The notes under the pieces were generated by a model. It was not told the DNA's origin. It searched no databases and worked only from the letters and a program-made list of their open reading frames with translations. Below are positions 52,641-61,503 of a stretch of DNA of 64,000 bases, piece after piece (positions within the stretch are counted from its first letter, which is position 1; each line of letters opens with the position of its first letter). The position numbers and the translations under genes were made by a program. The stretch spans positions 323,919 to 387,918 of the forward strand of contig NZ_CBDCOT010000008.1 of the NCBI RefSeq assembly GCF_965219885.1, in the 5' to 3' direction. The stretch comes from Curvivirga sp. (GTDB lineage Bacteria; Pseudomonadota; Alphaproteobacteria; UBA8366; Aestuariispiraceae).

Positions 52641-53219
52641 TTATATACCTAATGTTTCTTTCCAATGTTTTCGACACATGGATACATATCGATCATTACC
52701 ACCAATCTCTACTTGATCTCCGGCTTTTACAGGGTTGCCCTTGTCATCATAGCGCACAACCATAGTTGCCTTGCTTCCGCAGTGGCAAATCGTTTTCACT
52801 TCACGCATCTCATCCGCAAGACCTAATAAAGCCTCACTTCCCGGAAATAGTTGACCTTGAAAATCTGTACGTAATCCATAACAAATCACTGGAATGCCCA
52901 TATGGTCTGCAACATCGGATAACTGCAATACCTGTTGCCTAGTTAAAAACTGGGCCTCATCCACCAGAACACAGGAAAGTGGCGTATCTGAATGACGTTC
53001 TTTGGTAATCGATAATAGATCATCCACAGTTTTAAAGATCACAGCGTCCGCTTCTAACCCAATCCGCGATGTTACTTTTCCGATTCCATATCGATCATCT
53101 AGCGCAGCTGTAAAAATTAACGTATTCATGCCGCGCTCTTGGTAATTATAACTTGATTGTAGCAAGATCGTACTTTTACCAGCATTCATTGCTGAAAAAT
53201 AAAAATGCAGTTTTGCCAT
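52641..53219 (-). CDS. tdk: Thymidine kinase
   Basis: 192 aa with the P-loop [17 protein letters not shown], and the CxxC...C zinc ribbon (CHCGSKAT...CRKH). Confidence 0.9.
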   Translation of the reverse strand: MAKLHFYFSAMNAGKSTILLQSSYNYQERGMNTLIFTAALDDRYGIGKVTSRIGLEADAVIFKTVDDLLSITKERHSDTPLSCVLVDEAQFLTRQQVLQLSDVADHMGIPVICYGLRTDFQGQLFPGSEALLGLADEMREVKTICHCGSKATMVVRYDDKGNPVKAGDQVEIGGNDRYVSMCRKHWKETLGI

Positions 53220-53396
53220 TCTTTTTCCTCTATAGAAATCCGATCCGGCATTATATGGTCAGGATTCCGAGTGGAATACAAGTCAGCATATTCACACTTC
53301 AAAGTAATTAACATTTCAGATTTTTCAACTAACTCAAATACAAGTTGAATATCGGAATACGTAAATTAGATAAAATTTGAAATGATTTTTTATTCA

Positions 53397-53430
53397 TTTA
53401 TTTGCAATTAGCAAATAAACGTCTCATAAT
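53397..53430 (+). promoter_or_regulatory. Candidate promoter (TTGCAA-17 nt-CATAAT) overlapped by a perfect 9-bp inverted repeat (possible operator)
   Basis: TTTATTTGC-aatta-GCAAATAAA at 53397-53419. Candidate -35 at 53402-53407 and -10 at 53425-53430. About 50 nt upstream of the GTG start at 53480. The intergenic region is shared with divergent tdk. Confidence 0.3.
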
Positions 53431-53479
53431 TGTCGTAATAATAAAAATTTTTGACATATAAATTCACAGGAAACTCAGG

Positions 53480-54394
53480 GTGAAAAAATTACTTTTTGCG
53501 GGCAGCCTTCTATGTATTGGTGGGCTATCTACCATATCACAGGCCGCGGATCTCAATTCCGTTGCTCAACTCACATCAAAAATCTCTGCGCATATCAATC
53601 AATTACAACAAGCAGATTACATACAATTCGTAAATACAGAATTTCAAGTTCAACCACGCAGTTTGAGACATGTTTATGTGCAAGCAAGAACGAATTCTGC
53701 GCATATTAATCTGTTAAGAATTATCAATGGCTTACCTATAAAAGACATGTCCCCGCTTGAGTTAAAAGCATGGAACGAAGCTGATATTGAAAATATCCTG
53801 AATGCTCAGATGGAGAGTCTAGATGAACTAAATGTTGTTTATAATATAAAAAGTAAGCCTGATGAACTTATGACCGTTGACGGATCAACGGACAGTATCT
53901 ACGTGGCCCTTTTAAAGATCGAACAACAGTTGAAATCTCTAGGCCTGCCGGGTCAAGAACCAGGCGATAGTTATCAATATGCGACTCTATTGTTGAGTAT
54001 CGTAAAACAGATAGCAAAGCATCAAAAAGTCTTACTACCACGTCCCAATACAGAAGTAGAAAAAGATAAACGTCCAAATGATAATTATCTTTATGCTTTA
54101 TCTGTAGCCGCAGAACTTCAATATTATCAAACCGAATATCTTAAGAAGGATATTCCAGGTGGTGTTGCTGTACCAGATCCAAAAGATGGGAAAGCTACAA
54201 GCGATGATACAATTGCGGTTTTAAAAACTATTATTGCAGATCTTGTTGCGCTCAAAATTGCCGTAGGTGACAAGGCCCCCCTCGTAATTCCTGAAGTTGA
54301 TAGCAATCGTACACCGGCTGATGTGTATAAACAGCTAGTCTTCGCATATGACATCATCTTCGCCATGGAAGATGCCGCAGCTGAAGCATCTTAA
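53480..54394 (+). CDS. Secreted repeat protein of unknown function (probably helical)
   Basis: GTG start with an AGGAAA RBS. Signal peptide MKKLLFAGSLLCIGGLSTISQA/AD. At least five copies of a (P/T/S)-x-D-x-(Y/I)-x-x-(A/L)-hydrophobic module, with anchor residues at about 141, 165, 203, 245 and 283. Confidence 0.7.
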   Translation: MKKLLFAGSLLCIGGLSTISQAADLNSVAQLTSKISAHINQLQQADYIQFVNTEFQVQPRSLRHVYVQARTNSAHINLLRIINGLPIKDMSPLELKAWNEADIENILNAQMESLDELNVVYNIKSKPDELMTVDGSTDSIYVALLKIEQQLKSLGLPGQEPGDSYQYATLLLSIVKQIAKHQKVLLPRPNTEVEKDKRPNDNYLYALSVAAELQYYQTEYLKKDIPGGVAVPDPKDGKATSDDTIAVLKTIIADLVALKIAVGDKAPLVIPEVDSNRTPADVYKQLVFAYDIIFAMEDAAAEAS

Positions 54395-54403
54395 GGGGGC
54401 GAT

Positions 54404-56236
54404 ATGACTGAAAACACAAATGAGAAACACTGGTATCAAAGTATCACCACCAAGCTTGGTGGGCTTATTATTTTGGTAATTCTATTGACCGGCGCAGCAA
54501 CTGCTGTCTCCAATTTATGGAACGGAAACATCATTGATGATCTCTTCCAATCCAAACGTGACAATCTTGCAGCAACAGCTAAACAGACTCAAATTATCAC
54601 TCAGCTTGAAGGCCAAATGACCAAAACGTTAGGTGTGTTAAATGGATTTCTAGGCGAACATCAAAATACACTTGTTCTGCGAGATAGCGAAAACGCTAAA
54701 ACAATTAAGGCCAATAGAGTAAAACTACAAGATGGCATTAAGGAGTTATCAACTAAGATTGATGCTTTAACTGAACTTCCTATCATTCTGGATGCACTCT
54801 ACGGGGACAATACAGATAGTGAGTTAGCAAAATCTGTTTATTATATCCAACGCAGCCTTGTCACCATTCCTGCTCTCTTCGCTCAATATGAATCTGCCAA
54901 CGATCGTACGCTTGATTTATTGGGTGTTTATCGTTTTGAAGAAGCAAATAGTAGCTTCCTTTATAACGAAACTCCTGTTTTGAATGCGATGGTTGATCGC
55001 ATTAATAAAACCGCAGAGATCCTAGAAATCGCAATTGAACAGATATTAATGGTCAGTAACGAAACCAATATGACCTATATCGAAGAAGAAAGTGCAAAAG
55101 CATCTGAACTTCAAAATATGATCATCATTACTGCTTCTGTCGTTTCTTTGGTTTTACTGGTGTTGTCTCTATTACTTGCGCGTCTGCAAATCGTTAAGCC
55201 GTTAATAAACTTAACAGCGATTAGTGAACGTTTAAGTCAAGACCAAACAGATATCGAAATACCAAAACCAAGCAAAGATGAAATCGGTGATATCACACGC
55301 GCTTTACATGTTTTCCGTCAAGGTATTGAAGACCGTCAACGTCTTCAAGCGGAGCAAGTGGAACGTGAAAAGCTAGCCGAGGAAGAAAAGCGACAGGCAA
55401 TGCATGCCTTGGCAGATAACTTCGAAGAAAGCGTAAAAGGTATTGTTGAAGCCGTGTCAGCGGCAGCCACAGAAATGTCCAGTCAGGCAAGTAGTATGTC
55501 CCATACGGCTGATGATACAAATTCGCAAAGTGTTGAGGTATCAGCAGCTTCCGAACAAGCCACCCAAAATGCACAACAGGTTGAAGCAGAAACAGGTGAA
55601 TTAAATGCCTCGATTGAAAATATCAATACACAGGTTTCACGCTCCCAACAAATTGCCCATGATGCCGTAAACAAGGCTGAACAAGCTAATACAATGGTCC
55701 AAAAACTATCGACAACGGCACAAGATATTGAGCAAGTTGTTGATTTAATCAGTGAGATCGCAGATCAAACAAACCTACTTGCCCTTAACGCAACTATCGA
55801 AGCCGCACGTGCGGGTGATGCGGGCAAAGGTTTTGCTGTGGTGGCGAATGAAGTGAAATCGCTTGCTAATCAAACAACTAATGCGACGGATCAAATCGGT
55901 GCACAGGTCAAAGAAATGCAGGAAGCAACAAGTGCAACGGTTCGCAGTATCGAAGAAATTCACAGCACAATTGATGAGATTGATCAAATTTCAAGCGACG
56001 TGTCTGTTGCAGTGGATGATCAACGAAATATCACTTCTTCGATTACAGGTAAGGTACAGCTGTCTTCTGCAAGTACGCAGGATGTATCAATGCGCATGCA
56101 AAGCATTCAAACTGGGTCTAATGAAACAGGCAGCGCAGCACGTGATGTGAAACATGCTTCAGACGAACTCTCTGAACAGGCATCCAATATGATGCGCGAA
56201 GTTGACCGTTTCCTGAATAACATCCGTAACAGTTAA
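54404..56236 (+). CDS. Methyl-accepting chemotaxis protein
   Basis: 610 aa with TM1, a periplasmic segment of about 200 aa, TM2 and HAMP. The signalling hairpin core is [48 protein letters not shown], 9 nt after the previous stop. Confidence 0.9.
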   Translation: MTENTNEKHWYQSITTKLGGLIILVILLTGAATAVSNLWNGNIIDDLFQSKRDNLAATAKQTQIITQLEGQMTKTLGVLNGFLGEHQNTLVLRDSENAKTIKANRVKLQDGIKELSTKIDALTELPIILDALYGDNTDSELAKSVYYIQRSLVTIPALFAQYESANDRTLDLLGVYRFEEANSSFLYNETPVLNAMVDRINKTAEILEIAIEQILMVSNETNMTYIEEESAKASELQNMIIITASVVSLVLLVLSLLLARLQIVKPLINLTAISERLSQDQTDIEIPKPSKDEIGDITRALHVFRQGIEDRQRLQAEQVEREKLAEEEKRQAMHALADNFEESVKGIVEAVSAAATEMSSQASSMSHTADDTNSQSVEVSAASEQATQNAQQVEAETGELNASIENINTQVSRSQQIAHDAVNKAEQANTMVQKLSTTAQDIEQVVDLISEIADQTNLLALNATIEAARAGDAGKGFAVVANEVKSLANQTTNATDQIGAQVKEMQEATSATVRSIEEIHSTIDEIDQISSDVSVAVDDQRNITSSITGKVQLSSASTQDVSMRMQSIQTGSNETGSAARDVKHASDELSEQASNMMREVDRFLNNIRNS

Positions 56237-56268
56237 TTATATTTAGATAAGTTAGGTATATAATACGA

Positions 56269-56296
56269 AAAGCCCGAGAATTTCTTCTCGGGCTTT
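56269..56296. terminator. Bidirectional hairpin terminator between MCP and creatinase genes
   Basis: Perfect 12-bp stem AAAGCCCGAGAA/TTCTCGGGCTTT with loop TTTC. The T-run continues to 56298. Confidence 0.8.
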
Positions 56297-56337
56297 TTGC
56301 TTCCTGCGACCTCTTAGATGGGTCTTGGTTTTTATTC

Positions 56338-57552
56338 TTAGTTTTTAATAATATTATGTTCCGGACCGAATGGGAATTTGGTGATGTTTTCTGCACCATC
56401 TTCGCCCACAACCAGAATGTCATGTTCACGGTAACCACCCGCACCCGGATTACCTTCCGGGATCATGATCATTGGCTCCATTGAAACAACCATATTCGGT
56501 TCCAGAACAGTATCGATGTCTTCACGAAGCTCCACACCTGCCTCACGACCATAATAATGGCTTAACACACCAAAAGAATGTCCATAACCGAAGGAGCGAT
56601 ATTGAAGCAAATCCCACTCACGATACATTTCGTTAAGCTCAGCTGCGATTTCAGAACATTTTGCACCAGGCTTGATCAATTCCAAACCACGTTCATGCAC
56701 TTTTACGTTCTTTTCCCAAAGATCCAAATGCGCATCAGATACGTAGTCACAGAATAGCGTGCGCTCCAACGCGGTATAATAACCAAAGATCATCGGGAAT
56801 GTATTCAAGCTTAGAATATCACCGGATTCGATCTTTTTATTTGTAACCGGGTTATGCGCGCCATCTGTATTGATGCCGGATTGGAACCATGTCCAAGTAT
56901 CCATCAATTCAACAGATGGGAAACTACCTGCTATTTCACGGATCATAGCATTGGTTGTTGCGATGGCAACCTCATGTTCTGGCACGCCAGCTGCGACTGC
57001 TTTTGCACAAGCGAAACCACCAACATCTGCAACTCGTGCACCTTCTTTGATATGTTTAATTTCTTCTGCAGATTTGATAGAGCGCATCCACATGGATGGC
57101 TGACCAACATCAACAAATTCAACACCTGGTAATGCATCTTTTAACTGCTGTAAGTAATCAAGATGTACATGGTCATATTCAATACCAATACGTTTAGCAC
57201 CTTTTACAAGGCCTTGCACCGCATAGAAGAAATTGTCTTTGCGCCAGTCAGTATAGGTAATATTGTCACCAAATGTACGACGCCATGGTTGGCCGCCGTC
57301 GATACCTGCGGAAATAGATGTCGCGTTATTTTGATCCACAACAAAGCCGTATTTACGACCAAAGTAACAATACGTGAAACCAGAATAATAATTGACGCAA
57401 TGGTAAGATGTGAACAGACAAGCATCTACATCATTTTCAGACATCCATTTACGAACATCATTTTGACGACGTTCCATTTCTGCATCGGAAAAAGGGGAAT
57501 ATTCTTTTTCACCATTATGCCACTTTACAAGGCGAGCCATATCATCAGACAT
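56338..57552 (-). CDS. Creatinase (creatine amidinohydrolase, M24-fold)
   Basis: 404 aa. Long blocks match my recollection of Pseudomonas putida creatinase: SISA.IDGGQPWRR, MDTWTWFQSGINTDGAHNPVT, YYTALERTLF, FGYGHSFG.LSHYYGREAG.ELREDIDTVLEP.MVVSMEPMIM.PEG.PGAGGYREHDIL. Confidence 0.85.
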   Translation of the reverse strand: MSDDMARLVKWHNGEKEYSPFSDAEMERRQNDVRKWMSENDVDACLFTSYHCVNYYSGFTYCYFGRKYGFVVDQNNATSISAGIDGGQPWRRTFGDNITYTDWRKDNFFYAVQGLVKGAKRIGIEYDHVHLDYLQQLKDALPGVEFVDVGQPSMWMRSIKSAEEIKHIKEGARVADVGGFACAKAVAAGVPEHEVAIATTNAMIREIAGSFPSVELMDTWTWFQSGINTDGAHNPVTNKKIESGDILSLNTFPMIFGYYTALERTLFCDYVSDAHLDLWEKNVKVHERGLELIKPGAKCSEIAAELNEMYREWDLLQYRSFGYGHSFGVLSHYYGREAGVELREDIDTVLEPNMVVSMEPMIMIPEGNPGAGGYREHDILVVGEDGAENITKFPFGPEHNIIKN

Positions 57553-57748
57553 AAGGAATCCTTCCTAATTATCAATAGGTTATCGTTAGTAAAGCGCGCT
57601 ATTACTTGAATGAATTATCTCGTTAACTGACGCTTACGCTAATGGAGCTCGCCCGAAGCTCTGCGACAATTTGCGCCCACTTTAATCAAATTTGCGACAT
57701 AAAAGTTAACAAAATACGTTTTTTAGATATTTTTGTTATTTTTCAATA

Positions 57749-57788
57749 GAAAAGAAAAAGGCGTTATAGAAATTAATCTATAACGCCT
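57749..57788 (-). terminator. Rho-independent terminator of valS
   Basis: Perfect 12-bp stem AGGCGTTATAGA/TCTATAACGCCT with a 6-nt loop. TTTTCTTTTC follows on the minus strand. Confidence 0.8.
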
Positions 57789-57813
57789 TTGATAGATTTT
57801 CTTTTAAAAGAAA

Positions 57814-60468
57814 TTACATCGCCGCGACGATTTTCTCCAAAGAAGCTTTTAACTTGTCACAAGCATCTTGTTCAGCCGCCAAACGAGCTTTGTTTTCTTC
57901 AACAACAGCTTCCGGGGCATTTGCCAAGAATTTCTCATTAGACAATTTACCAGAGATTTTCTTCAATTCCCCTTCAACCTTTTTAATTGCCTTTTCAAGA
58001 CGTGTTTTTTCCTGGCCAAGGTCAATCACATCAGCAATCGGCAAGGCAACTGTTGCGCCGTCATGAACCATTTCGAGCGCACCTTTTGGCGCTTCTGCAT
58101 CGACAGAAGATTCAGAGACGCGTGCAAGACGGCTCAACAATACCCAATGTGTCTCCAGCCAACCTTTAGCTTGATCAGATGCGCCATTCAAGATCATTGG
58201 TACTTGTGCAGATGGCGGTACATTCATTTCTGAGCGTACAGAACGGATACCTGTGATCATACCGATCACCCATTCCATTTCTTTCACAACATCTTCGTTG
58301 ATCAAGTCTTCGCCATATTGTGGCCATTCAGACGTAATCAAAAGTTCTTCAGGCTTATCGCCTAATTTTTCCCAAATCTCTTCCGTCACAAATGGGGTGA
58401 ATGGATGCATTAGTTTTAGGATTTGTGCCAAAGCCCAACCCGCAACTTTGCGAGTTTCTGCTTTTGCAGCTTCATCATCACTGTTTAGCAACGGTTTCGC
58501 TAATTCCAGATACCAGTCACAGAAAGTGCCCCATACGAATTGATAAACAACGCTTGCTGCATCGTTAAATCGATAAGAAGAAAGAGCACGGTCGATTTCG
58601 ATACGAGTCTTTGCCACCTCACCTACGATCCAACGGTTTACAGTTGCTTTCGCATCCTTTGGATCAAAATCGTTGGTTACAACGCATTCATTCATTTCAC
58701 AGAAACGTGCTGCATTCCAAAGCTTGGTAGTAAAGTTACGATACCCTTCTACGCGGGAAGTCGCCAACTTAATGTCACGGCCCGGTGCTGCCATAGATGT
58801 CAATGTGAAACGAAGCGCATCTGCACCATATTGTTCCACCAATTCCAACGGATCGATCACGTTGCCTTTGGATTTAGACATCTTCTGGCCATGTTCGTCA
58901 CGTACAAGCGCGTGAACGTAAACAGTATGGAATGGTTCGGTATCCATAAACTTCAAGCCCATCATCATCATACGGGCAACCCAGAAGAAGATAATGTCAA
59001 ACCCCGTTACCAACACATCTGTTGGATAATGCTTTGCCACCAATTCCGGCGTATCATTTGGCCAACCCAATGTGGAGAAAGGCCAAAGCGCGGAAGAGAA
59101 CCACGTATCTAAAACGTCTTCATCACGGGTAAGCTCAACTGTCTTACCGTAATGTTTTTCCGCAGCAGCAATAGCTTCTGCTTCTGTTTTCTCAACAAAT
59201 GTTTCACCATCTGGGCCATACCATGCCGGGATTTGGTGCCCCCACCAAAGCTGACGGGAAATACACCAAGGCTGGATGTTACGCATCCATTCGTAATATG
59301 TCTTTGTCCAGTTTTCAGGAACGAATTTTGTTCGCCCTTCTTCAACGGATTTAATTGCTGGTTCCGCCAAGGTTTTCGCATCAACGAACCATTGATCTGT
59401 CAAATAAGGCTCAATCGGCACACCACCACGGTCCCCATAAGGCACCATATGCACGTGATCTTCTTTACCTGCATAGAAACCAAGCTCATCCATATCTGCG
59501 ATAACAGCGTCACGGCATTCAAAACGATCCATGCCACGGTATTTTTCTGGCACGTCATCATTCATATGCGCAGTTGGTGTCATCACGTTGATCATTTCAA
59601 GGTTATGACGACGGCCCACTTCGAAATCGTTAAAGTCATGAGCAGGCGTCATTTTCACCGCACCAGTACCTTGTTCTGGATCTGCATAATCATCACCAAC
59701 AATTTTAAGCTTAAAGCCTGTCAAAGGATGGATACAGTTTTTACCGATCAAATGCTTATAACGCTCATCTTCTGGATGAACAGCAACACCGGAGTCACCC
59801 AACATGGTTTCCGGACGTGTTGTTGCGACAGTCAGGAATACACCGTCTTCACCCTCTACAGGATATTTGAAGTGCCACATATTGCCCTGCACTTCTTTCT
59901 GGATTACTTCCAGATCAGAAATCGCAGTCTCAAAGGCAGGATCCCAGTTCACGAGACGCTTGTCTTTATAAATCAAACCTTCTTTATGAAGACGTACAAA
60001 TACATCCAATACGGCAGCACTTAAACCTTCATCCATGGTGAAACGCTCACGGCTCCAATCACAAGATGCACCAAGACGGCGTAACTGATTAATGATTGTA
60101 CCGCCAGATTCGTCTTTCCATTCCCATACTTTTTCAAGGAATTTCTCACGTCCCAAATCACGACGTTTGATGCCTTCCGCGCCAAGCTTACGTTCCACAA
60201 CCATTTGCGTTGCAATACCCGCATGGTCAGTACCTGGTTGCCAAAGCACATCAAGTCCCTGCATACGCTTATGGCGGATCATCACATCTTGTAATGTGTT
60301 GTTCAACGCATGGCCCATATGCAGACTACCTGTGACATTTGGTGGCGGGATGACGATGGTGAATGCATCTTCGGATGTATTCTGTCCATGTTTAAAACTG
60401 CCAGTCTGTTCCCATTTGGCGTAATGTTTATCCTCTGCCGTCGCAGGTTCGTATGTTTTATCCAGCAT
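57814..60468 (-). CDS. valS: Valyl-tRNA synthetase
   Basis: HIGH motif PPPNVTGSLHMGHALN, KMSKS motif GQKMSKSKGN and a C-terminal coiled coil. I prefer the ATG at 60468 (MLDKTYEP...) to the TTG at 60480. Confidence 0.95.
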   Translation of the reverse strand: MLDKTYEPATAEDKHYAKWEQTGSFKHGQNTSEDAFTIVIPPPNVTGSLHMGHALNNTLQDVMIRHKRMQGLDVLWQPGTDHAGIATQMVVERKLGAEGIKRRDLGREKFLEKVWEWKDESGGTIINQLRRLGASCDWSRERFTMDEGLSAAVLDVFVRLHKEGLIYKDKRLVNWDPAFETAISDLEVIQKEVQGNMWHFKYPVEGEDGVFLTVATTRPETMLGDSGVAVHPEDERYKHLIGKNCIHPLTGFKLKIVGDDYADPEQGTGAVKMTPAHDFNDFEVGRRHNLEMINVMTPTAHMNDDVPEKYRGMDRFECRDAVIADMDELGFYAGKEDHVHMVPYGDRGGVPIEPYLTDQWFVDAKTLAEPAIKSVEEGRTKFVPENWTKTYYEWMRNIQPWCISRQLWWGHQIPAWYGPDGETFVEKTEAEAIAAAEKHYGKTVELTRDEDVLDTWFSSALWPFSTLGWPNDTPELVAKHYPTDVLVTGFDIIFFWVARMMMMGLKFMDTEPFHTVYVHALVRDEHGQKMSKSKGNVIDPLELVEQYGADALRFTLTSMAAPGRDIKLATSRVEGYRNFTTKLWNAARFCEMNECVVTNDFDPKDAKATVNRWIVGEVAKTRIEIDRALSSYRFNDAASVVYQFVWGTFCDWYLELAKPLLNSDDEAAKAETRKVAGWALAQILKLMHPFTPFVTEEIWEKLGDKPEELLITSEWPQYGEDLINEDVVKEMEWVIGMITGIRSVRSEMNVPPSAQVPMILNGASDQAKGWLETHWVLLSRLARVSESSVDAEAPKGALEMVHDGATVALPIADVIDLGQEKTRLEKAIKKVEGELKKISGKLSNEKFLANAPEAVVEENKARLAAEQDACDKLKASLEKIVAAM

Positions 60469-60497
60469 TTTGGCCTTCAATCCAATTAATCAATTAC

Positions 60498-60538
60498 AAA
60501 TACAAAACGCCCCGCTAAGAGAACTCCCAGCGGGGCGT
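60498..60538 (-). terminator. Hairpin terminator downstream of the popZ-like gene
   Basis: Perfect 10-bp GC-rich stem ACGCCCCGCT/AGCGGGGCGT with a 12-nt loop. TTTGTATTTG follows on the minus strand. Confidence 0.55.
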
Positions 60539-60560
60539 GCTAACTCTCAACGGTGCAAAA

Positions 60561-61199
60561 TCAGTAGTCGTCTCTATCGGAGACTCGACGTGCACCGGAA
60601 GCCATACGGTCAATTTCTCTTTGAACCATGCGCTCTACCATCTCAGGCAGGTTCTCGTCCAGCCAAACTTTCAGCATTGGACGTAAAAGACCTTTTACAA
60701 TTTCTTCCAGTGTTTCCCCTGAATGCCCCATTCGAATGGAATTTTCAAGATGCGCAAGCGATGCAACCCCAACTTCTTCCGTATAATTAGAGATAATTCG
60801 CTCATCCTCTAGAACAAGAGGCTCTTCTTCATACTCTTCCATGAGTTCCAAAGGCTCCTCTTCTTCGTATTCTTCATACTCTTCCATAAGCTCAAGTGGT
60901 TCTGGTTCCGGCTCAGGTTCTGGTTCCGGCTCCATTTCCATGACGGGTTCAGGCTCTGGCTCCGGTTCCATCTCCATGACTGGTTCTGGTTCCGGCTCAG
61001 GCTCCGGTTCTGGCATTGGCTCTGGTTCCGGTTCTGGCTCAGGCATTGGTTCTGGCTCTGGTTCCGGTTCTGGCTTTGGCTCAGGCTCTTCAGCAGCGGG
61101 TTCTTCCACTACTTCAGGCTCTTCTGGATCTTCCGAGATAATCTTACGGATAGACGCCAGAATTTCTTCCATTGAGGGTTGTTCTTCGTTATCGCTCAT
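60561..61199 (-). CDS. popZ: PopZ-like pole-organising protein (DUF2497) with an extreme Pro/Glu repeat linker
   Basis: The N-terminus [24 protein letters not shown] and the C-terminal helix block [36 protein letters not shown] resemble Caulobacter PopZ as I recall it. Sits in the valS-popZ-tolC neighbourhood. Trimmed to the ATG at 61199. Confidence 0.75.
   Translation of the reverse strand: MSDNEEQPSMEEILASIRKIISEDPEEPEVVEEPAAEEPEPKPEPEPEPEPMPEPEPEPEPMPEPEPEPEPEPVMEMEPEPEPEPVMEMEPEPEPEPEPEPLELMEEYEEYEEEEPLELMEEYEEEPLVLEDERIISNYTEEVGVASLAHLENSIRMGHSGETLEEIVKGLLRPMLKVWLDENLPEMVERMVQREIDRMASGARRVSDRDDY
60897..61090 (-). repeat. Coding GAN-CCN (Glu-Pro) microsatellite-like tract with nested 36-nt and 30-nt duplications
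   Basis: Encodes (EP)n. [12 protein letters not shown] occurs twice (36-nt period, from about 60931) and [10 protein letters not shown] occurs twice (30-nt period, from about 61013). The adjacent 60820-60897 encodes a duplicated [12 protein letters not shown]. Confidence 0.85.
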
Positions 61200-61410
61200 T
61201 TGTACCCAGCCCTTTGTCCGGCAAATCAATTACTTCTTTATACTTCGTAGGAAATTCTGAATTCTTTCAGACTCCGACCAAAAGCCAAAGCAATTACCAT
61301 GCCAAACATTTAGCTTTCCCCTTGAATATAAAGATATATTTCTTCACATACTATAACATCGGGATTCTAGCAAAGTAAAACTGATTTGTTTAGCGATTTC
61401 TTACAATTTA

Positions 61411-61451
61411 TTAAAAAAATAAGGGAAAGTGCTGTATTTACACTTTCCCTT
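61411..61451 (-). terminator. Rho-independent terminator of tolC
   Basis: Perfect 11-bp stem AAGGGAAAGTG/CACTTTCCCTT with a 9-nt loop. The A7 run at 61413-61419 reads as T7 after the hairpin on the minus strand. Confidence 0.75.
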
Positions 61452-61503
61452 ACTTGGTTTTATTCAGTTTTACTTACTGAAAAGAATAGAATTTACCACT
61501 TAC

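Noticed and set aside
59152-60024. 290-aa ORF on the plus strand, plus a 190-aa ORF at 58540-59112
   Set aside because: Both lie entirely antisense to valS, whose identity is unambiguous (HIGH and KMSKS motifs). Their translations are Phe/Cys/His-rich with no motif. They are shadow ORFs of a long gene.
60841-61260. 139-aa ORF encoding poly(Ser-Gly) (SGSGSG...)
   Set aside because: It is the mirror image of the Glu-Pro repeat of the popZ-like gene on the opposite strand. The minus-strand reading has conserved DUF2497 termini; the plus-strand reading has nothing flanking it.
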